This document shows positions 13,962 through 26,480 of a DNA stretch of 64,000 nt, piece after piece. A program made the position numbers and the translations under genes. The notes beneath the pieces were generated by a model, which did not search any database, was not told the DNA's origin, and saw only the letters and a program-made list of their open reading frames with translations. The stretch lies in NCBI RefSeq assembly GCF_009914755.1, contig NC_060934.1. One strand, given 5' to 3'. Origin of the DNA: the human T2T-CHM13v2.0 reference genome, Homo sapiens. How positions within the stretch are numbered: position 1 is the stretch's first letter; every line of letters starts with the position of its first letter.

Positions 13962-14423
13962 TGTTTCTGAAACACCAGGGGTTTGGTCTAGGCCCTGCTG
14001 CTTGCCACACAGAAAGCCAATCACTGAGACAACAAGTATTGCCAGGGAAGAAGGTTTTAATGGGGTTCTGTAGCCAAGGAGATGGGAGATCAGTCTCAAA
14101 TCCATCTCCCTGACCAATTAAAATCAGGGAGTAGCAGGGAAGAAATATAACCATCTGTGGGAAAACAGGAATTAGAGAGGGGTAAGGAAGAGGAGCTGGT
14201 CAAAAGGGGGCAGGTGGTCAGTTGGAAAATTGTAATGGGTGAGGGGTCTGACATCTCATTTTCCAGATCCAGTGGTCTGATGAGTTTCAGGTCCTTGATA
14301 CTATCTTGGAGGCCTGATGGTTGGTTTCCCAAGAAAGGAACTCAGATAAGACAAATATCAATTTCTATGTTTAGTCAAAGAAACTATAAACATCAGCTCT
14401 ATGGAACACTTGGGTCAGCTTCA
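13962..14423 (-). mobile_element. ERV1-class solo LTR (subfamily not determined)
   Basis: TG...CA ends with a 4-bp TSD gaat (13958-13961 and 14424-14427). Confidence 0.8.
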
Positions 14424-15295
14424 GAATTGCATGGTTACTGTGAATAGAACACAGGTCAGGGATGAAAAAACGGTGAGCAATTGACTAGGAATTTAATAGA
14501 GAAAGATCACTTTTAAGAAATCGAATAAAATCCTAATTGTATCTTTGTATGCCTAGAATTTGTTTTTAAATAGGTTATTTTAAAATAACTACAAGAAAAT
14601 GCAGTTTTATTGCTTTTTGCAATGTTTCCATTGTTCTAAAAGCTGAAATTGTTCATAGATTCAGAACAGTTTAACTAAATGTATTAATAAACCCAAAATG
14701 AGATATATGTAAAGGAATTTGTGGATATGCAGGAGTCATAATGAAATAAGACCATTTTTCTAGACAGATTCTTAACATAAGGCTGTTAAGTTTAAATTGT
14801 CTAAAAAATAGGAAAAAGGAAGCTGCTAGGTGATTGCTAAGGGAAATCATGAAAGCTGATAATTAACTTCAACATTGAATTAGTTTTCAATCAAACAGAT
14901 TATGTGTCTCAAAGAACCCAATAAAAAATTATGGTGAGTTTTCATATAGAGCCATTTGTAGGGAAAAAATATTTCCTTATGATCAGAGAAGGTTAGACAG
15001 TACCTGGACCTTTCCAACTGTGGAAACTCGGAGATATCACATTCATAAGGGGAAAGGAAGAGAAAAGAGTATTTTTAGAAGAGATAGCCAGCAAAAGCAT
15101 GTTGAATGAAAAATAGAAGTCAACCATGTAAGTCAATATTTACTCATATCCCTGTCAATAGAACAGAGCCACTCAAATGCTGTGTGTTGAAGGAATATCT
15201 CTGTTTTTGTTTTTTTGTTTTTTGTTTTGTTTCCAATCCATTATACTCCAATGTTTTGTAAAATATAATAAAAATAATTCTTAGAAACCAGAAAT

Positions 15296-15430
15296 GAAGG
15301 GGGGGTTCCTCTTTCAGCTTTGGAGGAGACCCCCTCCCTCTGTCTCTGTACAGGGGAGCTTCTTTCTTCTACCTTCTTCCTTCTTTCTTGCCTATTAAAC
15401 TCTCTACTCCTTAAAGCCACACATAAAAAA
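15296..15430 (+). mobile_element. Short ERV1 LTR 3' (U3/R) fragment with poly(A) remnant and long TSD
   Basis: MER51/57-like ccccctccctctgtctctgtacaggggagc...gcctATTAAAc; TSD agaaaccagaaat / agaaacaggaaat. Confidence 0.6.
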
Positions 15431-16127
15431 AGAAACAGGAAATAAAAAGACACATAAAATACTAGTCCAACTTTCTTATTCTTATCATCAACAGACATAA
15501 AATTACTCTGTCAAATTGCTATGAATGTTTCTAAGCATTTATTCTCTGTTCTTATACTTATCTGATCCTGGAACCATATCCAGATAAGACCAAAACCATA
15601 CATAAACCACACTCTGAGTAGCTCTGTGGTAGGGGATAAGGCATATAGTTGGAGCTCAAATAATGTTTCCTAAGCAAGTTGGAAAATAAAAGACTTTGGC
15701 TCTGCCCATGGGAAGTTAATCTTCAAGAGACATGAATGTAAATAAATAGATGCCACTAAGTCCATTTTTCTGGACAGATTCTTACATAGGTTGTCAACTT
15801 TTAATTGTCTGAAAAATATTTAAGAAGCAAGTTGCTAGGTGGTTGCTAAGGGCAATCACAAAGACAGCAGTACTGCAATTCATTTTCAACCCAAGAGATT
15901 ATATGTCTGAGAGAATTTAATAAGGAAAGTAGAGTGAGTTTGCATATAGAGCAATCTAGTTGGAAAAATATTTTATTGCAAGGAGAGAAAGTACTAGACA
16001 CCCTCATGGTAAAATGCACAATGCACAGTGACGTGCAGAGAAGTGGTCAGTCTGGTTCCGGAGTTAGCAAAGGTTCTGGCCAATGAGAAAGGGATTCAAA
16101 AGCAAATCCAAGAGTTAAGAAAAATGT

Positions 16128-16911
16128 TGAAATGGGAAAAGTCCCTTTATTGCTCTTGCAGAGCATGCAATGGGTGTGTGGGGCTTGCTCCGTCGATGCC
16201 CCGCTGCCCAAACCTCTAGGGGGAGCACGCAGACAGGCAAGTTGTGGGGATCCGACCCCATGGCAGTGTCTAGGGTTGAGTTTTTACAGCGTCTCAGTGG
16301 GCGTGTGTTATAGTGTGCTCTTTCAGTTTAGCTGTCTGTAGGCAGCTTGTGTTATTCAGCTCCATTAGACCCTCTGCCTCATGGCAAAGACAGAGGGCTT
16401 TCTGTTTCCTGGATTCTTGCCTTGGTGTACTGGAAAAATTGGATCACACGTGGGCTTGGAGGATGGCTGCAAGGGTTTTTATTGAGTGGTGGTAGCTCTC
16501 AGAAGACGGGGGAGCCAGAAGGGAATGGATTGGGAAAGTGGTTTTCCTCCGGAGTAGGGCTGCCCAGTGGCTGGGCTCCCCTCCAACCACCCTGGCCAAA
16601 CTCCGCATCGTTCAGCTGGTCAGCCTGCCAGCGTCTACCGGCTTCTGCTGATGTCTGTTTGGGTGTTCTTCCACCAGAGTGTTCCTCTCGACGTCCAGCT
16701 GCCTGCATGTCTGTCTGCTAGGGTCTCGGGGTTTTTATACGCACAGGATGGGGGCTTGACAGGCCAGGATGGTCTGGGAAATGCAACATTTGGGCAAGAA
16801 AACAAAAATGCTTGTCCTCACCTACGTCCGTGGGCACAGTCCTGGGGGTAGAGCCCTCACCAGGGACCTGCCTTTTCTACCCAGCACTTCCCTGTCCCCC
16901 TCCCCGTATCA
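16128..16911 (-). mobile_element. LTR1-like ERV1 solo LTR
   Basis: Reverse complement begins TGATACGGGGAGGGGG and ends CCCATTTCA; perfect 4-bp TSD atgt. Confidence 0.85.
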
Positions 16912-17315
16912 ATGTGACACATCCATAAAAGTGTTGAGTAGTGCTGCAGGGCTAGGAGAAGAGATGATAAAAGACGGGAATCAGCAAAACAGGGAACGTG
17001 AAGATCATGAGGCATGCGGATCGCATCTTTTATTTAGGCAAATGGCCTACAAGGTGTGTGGGCAGGGTGGAGATGGGGAGCTCAAGGTGGGGACACAGCT
17101 TGTGACCTTTCCAAATTGTGAAACTATCACCCCTACCCTGAGATTCCAGTGCACAACAGGCCCATAAATAGAACTTGGGAAATCCAACTACATGGGTTTA
17201 AAATAATTTAAAATGTTAGTTAATCTCATCACCCAGAGTTACATACTGTTAACATTTTGATGTATCTTCTTTTGAACTTTTATCACTGTATAAATATGTA
17301 CATGCACTCTTTTCC

Positions 17316-17432
17316 TCTTAAAATTGAAATTGCTACGAAATTTATTGCTCCTTATTTCCCTATACTGACCATTCTTAAAATTGAAATTGCTACGAAATTT
17401 ATTGCTCCTTATTTCCCTATACTGACCATTCT
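17316..17432. repeat. Perfect 57-bp tandem duplication
   Basis: (ttaaaattgaaattgctacgaaatttattgctccttatttccctatactgaccattc)x2. Confidence 0.95.
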
Positions 17433-17862
17433 CAAACATTTTGGTCTCAACATACCATCACACCTTTAAAACTTATTGAAGACCCCAAAGACTTTTCTTA
17501 AGGTGGGTTATACCTATCAAGACTTACCATATAAGAAACTAAACTAAGAAATATTTACAATTATATTTATTAATATATTTTAAAATGACAAGATATCCAT
17601 TATAACTTATTATGAAAACATATTTGTATATTTAAAGTATATATATAATATTTATCTATATATAAAATGTAACATTCTGTTTAAAAATGACCTTTACCAA
17701 CTGTGGGGCTTTGAGGTATCACATTTGTTGAAGAAAGTGAGTGAAAAAATATTTCCAGAATAGGTGACTAGCAAAAATTTATTGGAGAAAAGTATATGTT
17801 AGCCAAGTAAATAAGTATTTACTCATATTTGAACCCCCAGTGCTTAGTAGAACAAAGCTACT

Positions 17863-18319
17863 TGTATTACTCCATTTGGACTGCTATAAAGAAATACCTG
17901 AGGGTGGGTAATTTATAAAGAAAAGAGATTTGTTTGGCTGACGGTTCTGCAGGCTGTACAAACAGCATGATGTCGGCATCTGCTTATGGTGAGGCCTCAG
18001 GCAACTTACCATCATGGCGGAAGGCAAAGGGGAAACTGGTGCATCACATGACAAGAGTGATTGAGAGAGAGAGGGAGGAGGTGCCATGCTCTTGTAAACA
18101 ACTAGACCTCTCATGAATTCCTAGAGTGAGAACTCACTCATTACTGCAAGGGCAGCACTAAGCCCTTCATGGGGGATCTGCCCCCATGGCCCAAACACCT
18201 CCCAGTAGGCCCACTTTCCAACATTGGAGGTCACATTTCAACAGTAGGCCCACTTTCCAACATTGGAGGTCACATTTCAACATGAGACTTGAAGGGGACA
18301 AAACATCCAAATCATATCA
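17863..18319 (-). mobile_element. MST LTR with an internal 39-bp tandem duplication (18203-18280)
   Basis: Perfect 5-bp TSD ctact. Confidence 0.9.
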
Positions 18320-18460
18320 CTACTCAAACTAAAACAAACCTTTAGTGAGGGCTAGTGTGGGATTCTTATGTCTACTTCTTCATTAAAGCCATTATCTTGA
18401 TTTGTTGAAATATATTAAACACATTCAACCTCACACAGATACGTATTTTTTAAAAGGAGG

Positions 18461-18867
18461 TGGTATGGTTTGGATCTGTGTCCCCACCAAACTTCAGCTC
18501 AAATTGTAATCCCCATTGTTGGAGGTGGAGCCTGCTGGGAGGTGATTGAATCATGGGGGTGGAGTTTTCATTAATGGATTAGCACCATCCCCCCCAGTGC
18601 TGTTCTACTGATAGTGAGTGAGTTATTGTGAGATCTGGTTGTTTAAAACTGTGTGGCACCTGCCCCAACTCTCTCTTGCTCCTGCCCCAGCCATGGAAGA
18701 CATGCCTGCTTCCACCTGACTGTATATTTCCTCAGGCATCCCCAGAAACAGAAGCCACTATGCTTCCTGTATAGCCTGCGGAACTGTGAGCCAATCAAAC
18801 CTCTTTTCTTTATAAATTACCCAGTCTCAGGTATTTCATCATAGCAATGCAAGAATGGAAAAATACA
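18461..18867 (+). mobile_element. MST LTR
   Basis: tggtatggtttggatctgtgtcccc...aataca; TSD ggagg / gaagg. Confidence 0.9.
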
Positions 18868-19939
18868 GAAGGTGTATTTTACTAGCTTTTGAGATAATTA
18901 TTGATACTTTTCTTTTACACCAAAGCTTTACGTGAGGTAGTTTCTTAAAATGCAGTTGTAATGCAGAATCTGAAACCACATCCATAGAATTTTTGAACTG
19001 TTACATTAAAAATTCACTGGTCTATTTTTCACTTTGAATGGATCACTTACCTATGTGTGATTTTGTACCATCATGCATGTTACATTTAGAAAATATTGGT
19101 TCAGTGATTTATGCAGTATGTCAGATGCTGACCCATTTCATTCTGCAATATAGCAAAAAAACAAAAAACAAAACAAAAAAGAAACCCCTCATCAATCAAG
19201 TATTTAAAGTATGGGGAACTTGTCCTACTCATGGTGGACAATACTGATTTTTCAAAATTCTCATTTTTCTTTGGATGTTTCAAGTTTCTCATCAGCAATA
19301 GATACTATCAGGTGTTTTATTTGATTTAAGAGCCTTGCTTCACTTGTTTTTATGAAAATGTCTGCCAAATGCCCTAGTGTAAAGAACCATAGTTTTTCTG
19401 TCAGTAATTCTTTCAAATACAAGTTCTGCTCCGAGATGAAAAAGTGGCTCATTTAGCATGCAACTCAATCTCAGTGCTTTTCCATAAGACAACACGTGCT
19501 TCAGTATTCCACAAAGATGCTTTATATGCATATTTCACAGAATATAAAAATGACTTGTACTAATGACTTGAAAGTTAATATGATTAATAATTTTTGAGGA
19601 TTTATCAAAGTCATTTTGAGGTATAACTGACTTTACTGGCAGCAGATGGTGATGAAGAACACAGTGTATAATTTGGCACCATGGCTTTAACTGGTGCTAA
19701 GAACTAGTGCTAAGATACCAGCAGTTTTCCCCTCCATAACATCTGGGCCATCAGTGTAAATGTCATCCCAGTAAAAAGTCTGTTATAATAAAAATTCATT
19801 AATTTAGCTTGAAATTTCAGTGAATATTTTACCCATGTGTTTTATTATTAATGCGAAAATTAGTTTTGAATTTGTAGATCCTTGGAAGGTGTCTTAGAAC
19901 CTCCAGAAGTCCAGAGCCCACACTTTGAAAACCACAGCC

Positions 19940-20359
19940 TGTGTTAGGCCATTTTTGGGTTGCTATAAAGAAATACCTGAGGCTGGGGCTGGGTGCAGTG
20001 GCTCACACCTACAATCTCAGCACTTTGGTAGGCCAAGACTGGTGAAACACTTGAGGTCAGGAGTTTAAGACCAGCCTGGCCTACATGGCAAAACCCTGTT
20101 TCTACTAAAAATACAAAAATTAGTCAGGCATGGTGGTGCACACTTGTAATTTCAGCTACTTGGGAGGCTGAGACATGAGAATCATTTGGACCCAGGAGGT
20201 GGAGGCTGCAGTGAGCCAATATTGCGCCACTGCACTCCAGAGAGATTCTACCTAAAAAAATAAATAAATAAATAAATAAATAAAGAGGAAGAAGAAGAGG
20301 AAGAAGAAGAGGAAGAAGAAGAAGGAGAGGAATAAGTAGAAGAAGAAGAAGAGGAAGAG

Positions 20360-20394
<35 letters not shown>

Positions 20395-20441
20395 AGAAGA
20401 GGAAGAGGAAAAGAGGAAGAGGAAGAAAGGAAAAAGAAGAC

Positions 20442-20472
<31 letters not shown>

Positions 20473-20891
20473 CAACAGCAGCAGCAGCAGCAGCAATACC
20501 TGAGGCTGAGGCTGGATAATTTATAAAGAAAAGGGGCTTAGTTGGCTCACAATTCTGCAAGCTGCGTAAGAAGCTTGGTGCCAGCATCTACTCAGCTCCT
20601 GTGGAGGAATCAGGGAGCTTTTACTAATGGCAGAAGGCAAAGCAGGAGCAAGCACATCACGTAGCAAGAGCAAGAGCAAAAGAGACCGGAAGGAGGTCCC
20701 ACACACTTTTAAACAACCAAATCACATGAACTCAACGCAAGAACTCACTCATCACCTAGGCGATGTGGCGCTAAGCCTTTCCTGGGGATCTGCCCCCATG
20801 ATCCAGTCAGGTCCCACCAGGCTCTACCTCCAATATTAGGGATCACATTTCATCATGAGATTTGAAGGGGACAGACATCCAAACCATATCA
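19940..20891 (-). mobile_element. MST LTR interrupted by an Alu
   Basis: Perfect TSD cagcc at 19935-19939 and 20892-20896. Confidence 0.88.
19987..20494 (+). mobile_element. AluS whose tail is a compound (AAAT)n-(GAA/GAG)n-(CAG)6 repeat
   Basis: TSD aatacctgaggctg at 19972-19985 and 20495-20508 encloses the whole repeat. Confidence 0.9.
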
Positions 20892-21133
20892 CAGCCCTGT
20901 ACCACTAAACATTCTTTAAAGCATGACTTGAAAAGGTTGAATAATGCTGTGTCAAGTACATGCATCGTCATTTAACCATTCTCCTATTATTAGACATTGA
21001 GCTTGCATCTAATTTTTCTAATTTGTGATGAACCTTTTTCTATATATATTTTTGTCTTTCTCTCTAATTATTACCTAAAGACTGACTCCAGTAATTTTAC
21101 TAGGCCGAGATGGGTTTTTAAAATGTGCTGTTA

Positions 21134-21403
21134 GGCCAGGCATGGTGGCTCATGCCTTTAATCCCAGTGCTTTGTGAGGCCAAGGCAGGAGGATTGCTTG
21201 AGTCTTGGAGCTCGAGGCAACACAGCAAGAGCTCATCTCGGCAGAACAATTTAAAAAAAAAATTAGCTGGTCATGGCGGTACGTGGCTGTAGGGCTAGAT
21301 ACCCAAGAGGCTGAGTAGGGAGGATTGCGTGAGTCCAGGAGGTCAAACTATGATCCCACGACTGCACTCCAACCTGGGCAGCAGAGCAAGACACTGTCCA
21401 AAT

Positions 21404-21437
<34 letters not shown>

Positions 21438-21458
21438 CATACATATATATATATACAC

Positions 21459-21489
<31 letters not shown>

Positions 21490-21526
21490 CATACATACAT
21501 ATATATATATGTATATATATATATAT
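21134..21526 (+). mobile_element. AluJ with (TA/CATA)n tail
   Basis: Diverged Alu followed by about 120 nt of TA-rich microsatellite. Confidence 0.85.
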
Positions 21527-22365
21527 GCTATCAAATATATTTCTAAAGGGACTTTCCTGCTAGGCATCTGGTTTCTATTAGGTGGTTGTGAATTTGCTAA
21601 CACTGCACTTGTGAAGTGGAGTGAAGACGGAGCTCCCATTGGCAGCCTGGGTTTTCTTTAAGATTAAGTTACAGAAACCTGGGTCAGTTTTATTCCTACT
21701 AATTGCCTCCATATTCCTGGGCATGTTCCCATTAAAATGCTCTGCCACAGCAAGAGTGCTTAAACAGTGACGGCTTTTGTGGTCAGCATATTTACTTCCT
21801 GCCTGAAAAGAGTGGAAGAAAAATAAAGCAGCTGCTGTATCATGTGAATGAGTTTGGCAAAATTTGGTGTTCCAATTGTTTGGTTTTATGACCCTGGGTG
21901 ATGAATCTTTTCCTCTGCGTTTTGTGGCATTTCTGGTTGTGTTTGCAAATGCAGTTCTTTCTGAACTTTTTCACCCAAACATTTGGTTCAGTTTGTTCCT
22001 TAAGGACTTGAAAATGAAAATGTGAGTTCATGGACATTTCTCGTTAATGTATCCTTGCTTTTTCAAATTGGCTTCTTTTCTTTCTTCCTTTTCCTCCAGA
22101 TTGTTTATTTAAAAAAAAAAAATCATCTTGACAGGAATAGAGACCATTAGATAGTTTACTATTTACATTCTCTTATAATTTCTCTCTCTCTCTCTTTTTA
22201 TTAGCAGTTGTCAGATAACATGGTATTTTATGGGAGTGTACACTCAATGAGAATAGGTTGACTTCATAGACTCAACTTATTTCTTCTATTACCTTATGAC
22301 TCTGTGCAATTTTTTTCTACCTGTAGACTTTTATAACAGATCTAATGTGTTACACTGCAATGATG

Positions 22366-22414
22366 TAAATTATAAGCTTGGTGTTGACTATAAATTATAA
22401 GCTTGGTGTTGACT
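22366..22414. repeat. 25-bp tandem duplication
   Basis: taaattataagcttggtgttgact(a) x2. Confidence 0.9.
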
Positions 22415-24575
22415 TTTTTATGATAAACATGAACATATGAAAATGCCCCCAAAATCAAATTCTCTAAGGCGTTGTTGTGCTTCAAGATCTCCATAAAATC
22501 TCTCCTCCCTCCTTGCCAACACTTTCTGGGTACCTTTTACTGAAGCACATCTTGGCATCGTTTCAGCCTGGTGTTTGAAAAGTATTAGTTGAAACAACCT
22601 AGTGTAACCCTTTGCTGATTTTCTAAAATAATGTGGTTAGGGACTTGTTACTTTGTTACATTAGATTACAGTAACAGGATCCACAAAATAAATGCTTTAT
22701 CTCCTGAGTTAGAGAAGTGCTTCTAAGCATCTGGTTTGTTTGTTTCTTTTTGAAATTATAGCCTGTGTAATTGATTGTCCTGCTTAAATTTGATTTCTAG
22801 AATCTTAAAGTCTAAGTTCCATCCTGCCTCTAATAAATATACATACTCCGATGATATCCATTTCACGAACTCTCCGTCTTGTTACCTTTGCCTCAATTCT
22901 ATTTTCCTGTTCTCAGATTCCCCTTCTCCAACTTCCTACTTCGTATTTGTTTTATGTTCTTTTACTGTGCTATTTTTTTTATAAAATGCTATAAATCTGT
23001 CTTTATTACAAAAAGGACAAAATATTGCCTAAAATTAAAATTTATGATTACTTTCCTTGAAAAAACAGTCTGTTCAAACAGGCTAAAAAATGGACGGTAA
23101 ATGATCAGAGACCAGGTATAAAATAACACTTTAAGGTTTTGAGAAAAGAAAGATGATACATGTGAATCATTTGAGACTGTGAGTTACATAGGAAACACAG
23201 GGCACCAATCTCTCATGATTACTGCAAGTTAAAAATGAACAAGTAAACATACCAGAAAACCTATTTCCTTAGGTTATAAAGCCAGGGAAGAAAAAAAAAT
23301 AAAAGAACATTGCTCATTGATTTTTAGGATGAGATGAAGTTAAAAAAAAAGAAAACAGTACACTGGTTAAGAAACAAACATTTCTAAAAAGATCTCTTCT
23401 TGGCAGAGGGAAATATATTTAATGAACATTAAAAATTGGTATAATTAAAAATGGAAACCCCAGAATATCTTATTTTTATTGGAATGCTATATTATATTTT
23501 CCTTTTATCTGGAAGATTGGATCTTTGGGAAAGGCTTCAAATTCCGTAAATCTTAAGACTGGAAACATTTGGGAAAAACTAATTGAAGACTTTAAAATGA
23601 GAGAGGTAGAAGTAGGGAGAGGAGAATTAGGGTTTACTTCTGTGGGACAACTCAGATTCACCATTAATTATGCTAAACAAAATGTAATGCAATAGGCATG
23701 ACTCAGAATAAGTGAATTCTATTCCCACCAGTGAAATGATTGTCTTTTATAATTTAGTTGCATCCTTTAAAAAAAAAAAGTCACATTCATTTTTATGGTT
23801 AGGAAACATCTCTCCCTAGTAGTAACAAATCACATACTTCACAACCTGAAAATTCACTTGAAGACCTTGATGTTTATTCATAGATGTTCCATACCCCTCA
23901 TTGTTTAAAAAGAAATACATAGGAAGACCACAGGTCTTTATTTTCAAATATTGTAAAATAGCAAATTAGTACCAAGGTGATTTTTTTCCAGCCATATAGC
24001 TTTTTCAGCTTCTCCATAGTAGAAATAGATAGAAAGGCCATGCCTAATCTACTGCACTCTGCTCATCTTCAGGGAAGCCGCCAAGCGGCTCTGGGCTGCC
24101 ACTTGAGCAGGTGACAAAGGAATGGAAAAAAACAGAGGGCAGAGTTTACTCCTGACCCACTTAATGTCTTGGGCTAAGCGGAACAGGAAGCTACATACAA
24201 ACATGGCTCTATTAAACAATAGTAAAAAATGAATTGTCTTTCCTCTGTGGGGTTTGAGGAAATATGTTATTGAGGGTGGAAGTAAGCAGAGAGAAGTTAG
24301 TGGACTTCATTTCATCACTAAACCTTTAGACTATAGGTAAGTATCGTTATTCTTTCTACAAACATTCAGTTGATTCTTACTGTCTTCTAGGCATTCACAG
24401 GGTGCTGTGACAGAGAGATGAGGAAACCAGACATGTTCCTTATCCCTCAGAGAACTTATAGTCTAGTTGGGGAAGAATCTCAGTTGCTCCATCTGTAATA
24501 GAAGACAGAGACAAGATGATTGCAAGGGTTCCTGCTAGGCTCTAAATTAATCTATTTTTTTAAATCAAAAGTAAT

Positions 24576-24879
<304 letters not shown>

Positions 24880-25711
24880 GGTGGAAAAAATTTAAAATAC
24901 TACAGTGATTATTAATTTTGACACCTCCTTATTGTTCTTTATACCAATGTCCTTTCATTTCACAAATTTGGGGGTCAGGAGAAAGAAGCAGGAAGTCTAA
25001 AAGAAGATGTAAATGACAAAAGGAGGAAAGCATAAGGAAAGGAGGTGAAGAGAATAGCACTCAACTATCGGTGGGCACCTACTTGTGATAAGCATTTTTA
25101 TAAACATGTCATTTCATCTAAGAGACAGAAACCAACAGTTGCCACCCTCTGAAAAGCTCTAGAGGTAGGAGCCATATACTAATCAACTTAGTAAGTCTAG
25201 GACCCAGTGCAATGTTTAGTACGTAGTATGTGTCCTAGACATGTTGGGTGAATGTCAATAAGTAAGAAAAATGATAAGTAACGTTTAAAAATTCTCTTTC
25301 CACCATCTTAAGGGGTGAGTTACCACATTGGAGAGCATCAATTCCTTTCAGGCACTTAACTCATGATGACTGTTTCTCGGATTTTAGGATATTGTCTGAC
25401 ATCTTAGAAACAGTGTTTAGAAATCATTTCACTCATGGAAGCATGAGAACCAATGCCTCCACACACGAAATACAGGGAAAATATCTTTTGATAGATAAAT
25501 TATTATGTTTATCCATTAACATCATTTGACAGCTGCATTGTAATTATCCTAATTTCAGACAGTATGATTCTTCATACTTTCGAGTGGACAGGTTTTGACA
25601 CTGAAGTTTTATAACACAATCCACCAAAATACGACAGAAATAATCATCCATGACCCTCACAAATGGTATTCCCTTTCACTTAAAAAAATCTGTGCTAAAG
25701 TTTTGAGCTCA

Positions 25712-26022
25712 GGTCAGGCAAAGTGGCTCACACCCATAATCCCAGTGCTTTAGGAGACCAAGATGAGAGGATTGCTTGAGGTCAGGAGTTTTGAGTTCAA
25801 GACCAGACTGGACAATATAGCAAGACCCCATCTCTACAAAAAATTAAAAAAATTAGCCGGGTGTGTTGGCATGCACCTATAGTCCCAGCAACTCAGGAGA
25901 CCAAGGCAGGAGGATCGCTTGGGCCCAGGAGTTCAAGGCTGCAGTGAGCTATGATCACACCACTGTAAACCAGCCTAGGCAACAGAGTGAGAATGTGTCT
26001 CTAAAAATAAAAAATAAAAAAA
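25712..26022 (+). mobile_element. AluJ
   Basis: TSD-like ttttgagct on both sides. Confidence 0.9.
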
Positions 26023-26480
26023 TTTGAACTTTTGAGCTAAGTTTTCTTTGAGTATTTTCTAAGTCTACTTTTAAATATGAACATGTTGCAAGAGTATTAC
26101 TCCCGTGAGATAGTAGTAGAAACTAGGTGTTTGGTGAATTTCACTAAGCAGCTTGAGCAGTTTTAAAATTAGCCAGGTGTGTTGGCATGCACCTATAGTC
26201 CCAGCAACTCAGGGGGCTGAGGCAGGAGGATCGCTTGGGCCCAGGAGTTCAAGGCTGCAGTGAGCTATGATCACACCACTGTATACAAGCCTGGACAACA
26301 GAGTGAGACTCTGTCTCTAAAAATAAAAAATAAAAAAATTTAAGCTTTTGAGCTCATTTTTCTTTGAATATTTTCTAAACCTAATTTTAAATATGAACTA
26401 TTGTAACAGTGTTACTCCCATGAGATGGTAATGGAAACTAGGTGTCCGGTGAGTTTCACTAAGCAGCCTGAGCAGTTTTA
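25851..26480. repeat. About 316-bp tandem duplication (Alu right arm plus unique flank)
   Basis: 25851-26165 aligns with 26167-26480. Confidence 0.92.

Larger units (their letters stand above)
17427..20899. mobile_element. Charlie1-type hAT DNA transposon fossil, interrupted by three MST LTRs and an Alu
   Basis: ttattgaagaccccaaagac...; ggtagtttcttaaa...gaatctgaaaccacatc; ends ccacactttgaaaaccac. Confidence 0.7.

Noticed and set aside
13740-17167. Clusters of 100-130 aa ORFs
   Set aside because: They fall within GC-richer solo LTRs and show no gag, pol or env similarity or splice context.
5302-21661. Low-complexity ORFs (Pro-, Glu/Arg-, Ser-, Tyr/Ile-rich) at 5302, 10661, 20248 and 21263
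   Set aside because: They are translations of microsatellites and pyrimidine tracts.
24073-24342. Possible cassette exon ending at a strong donor ag|gtaagt (24337)
   Set aside because: The acceptor is weak, there is no recognisable coding similarity, and isolated donors are expected by chance.
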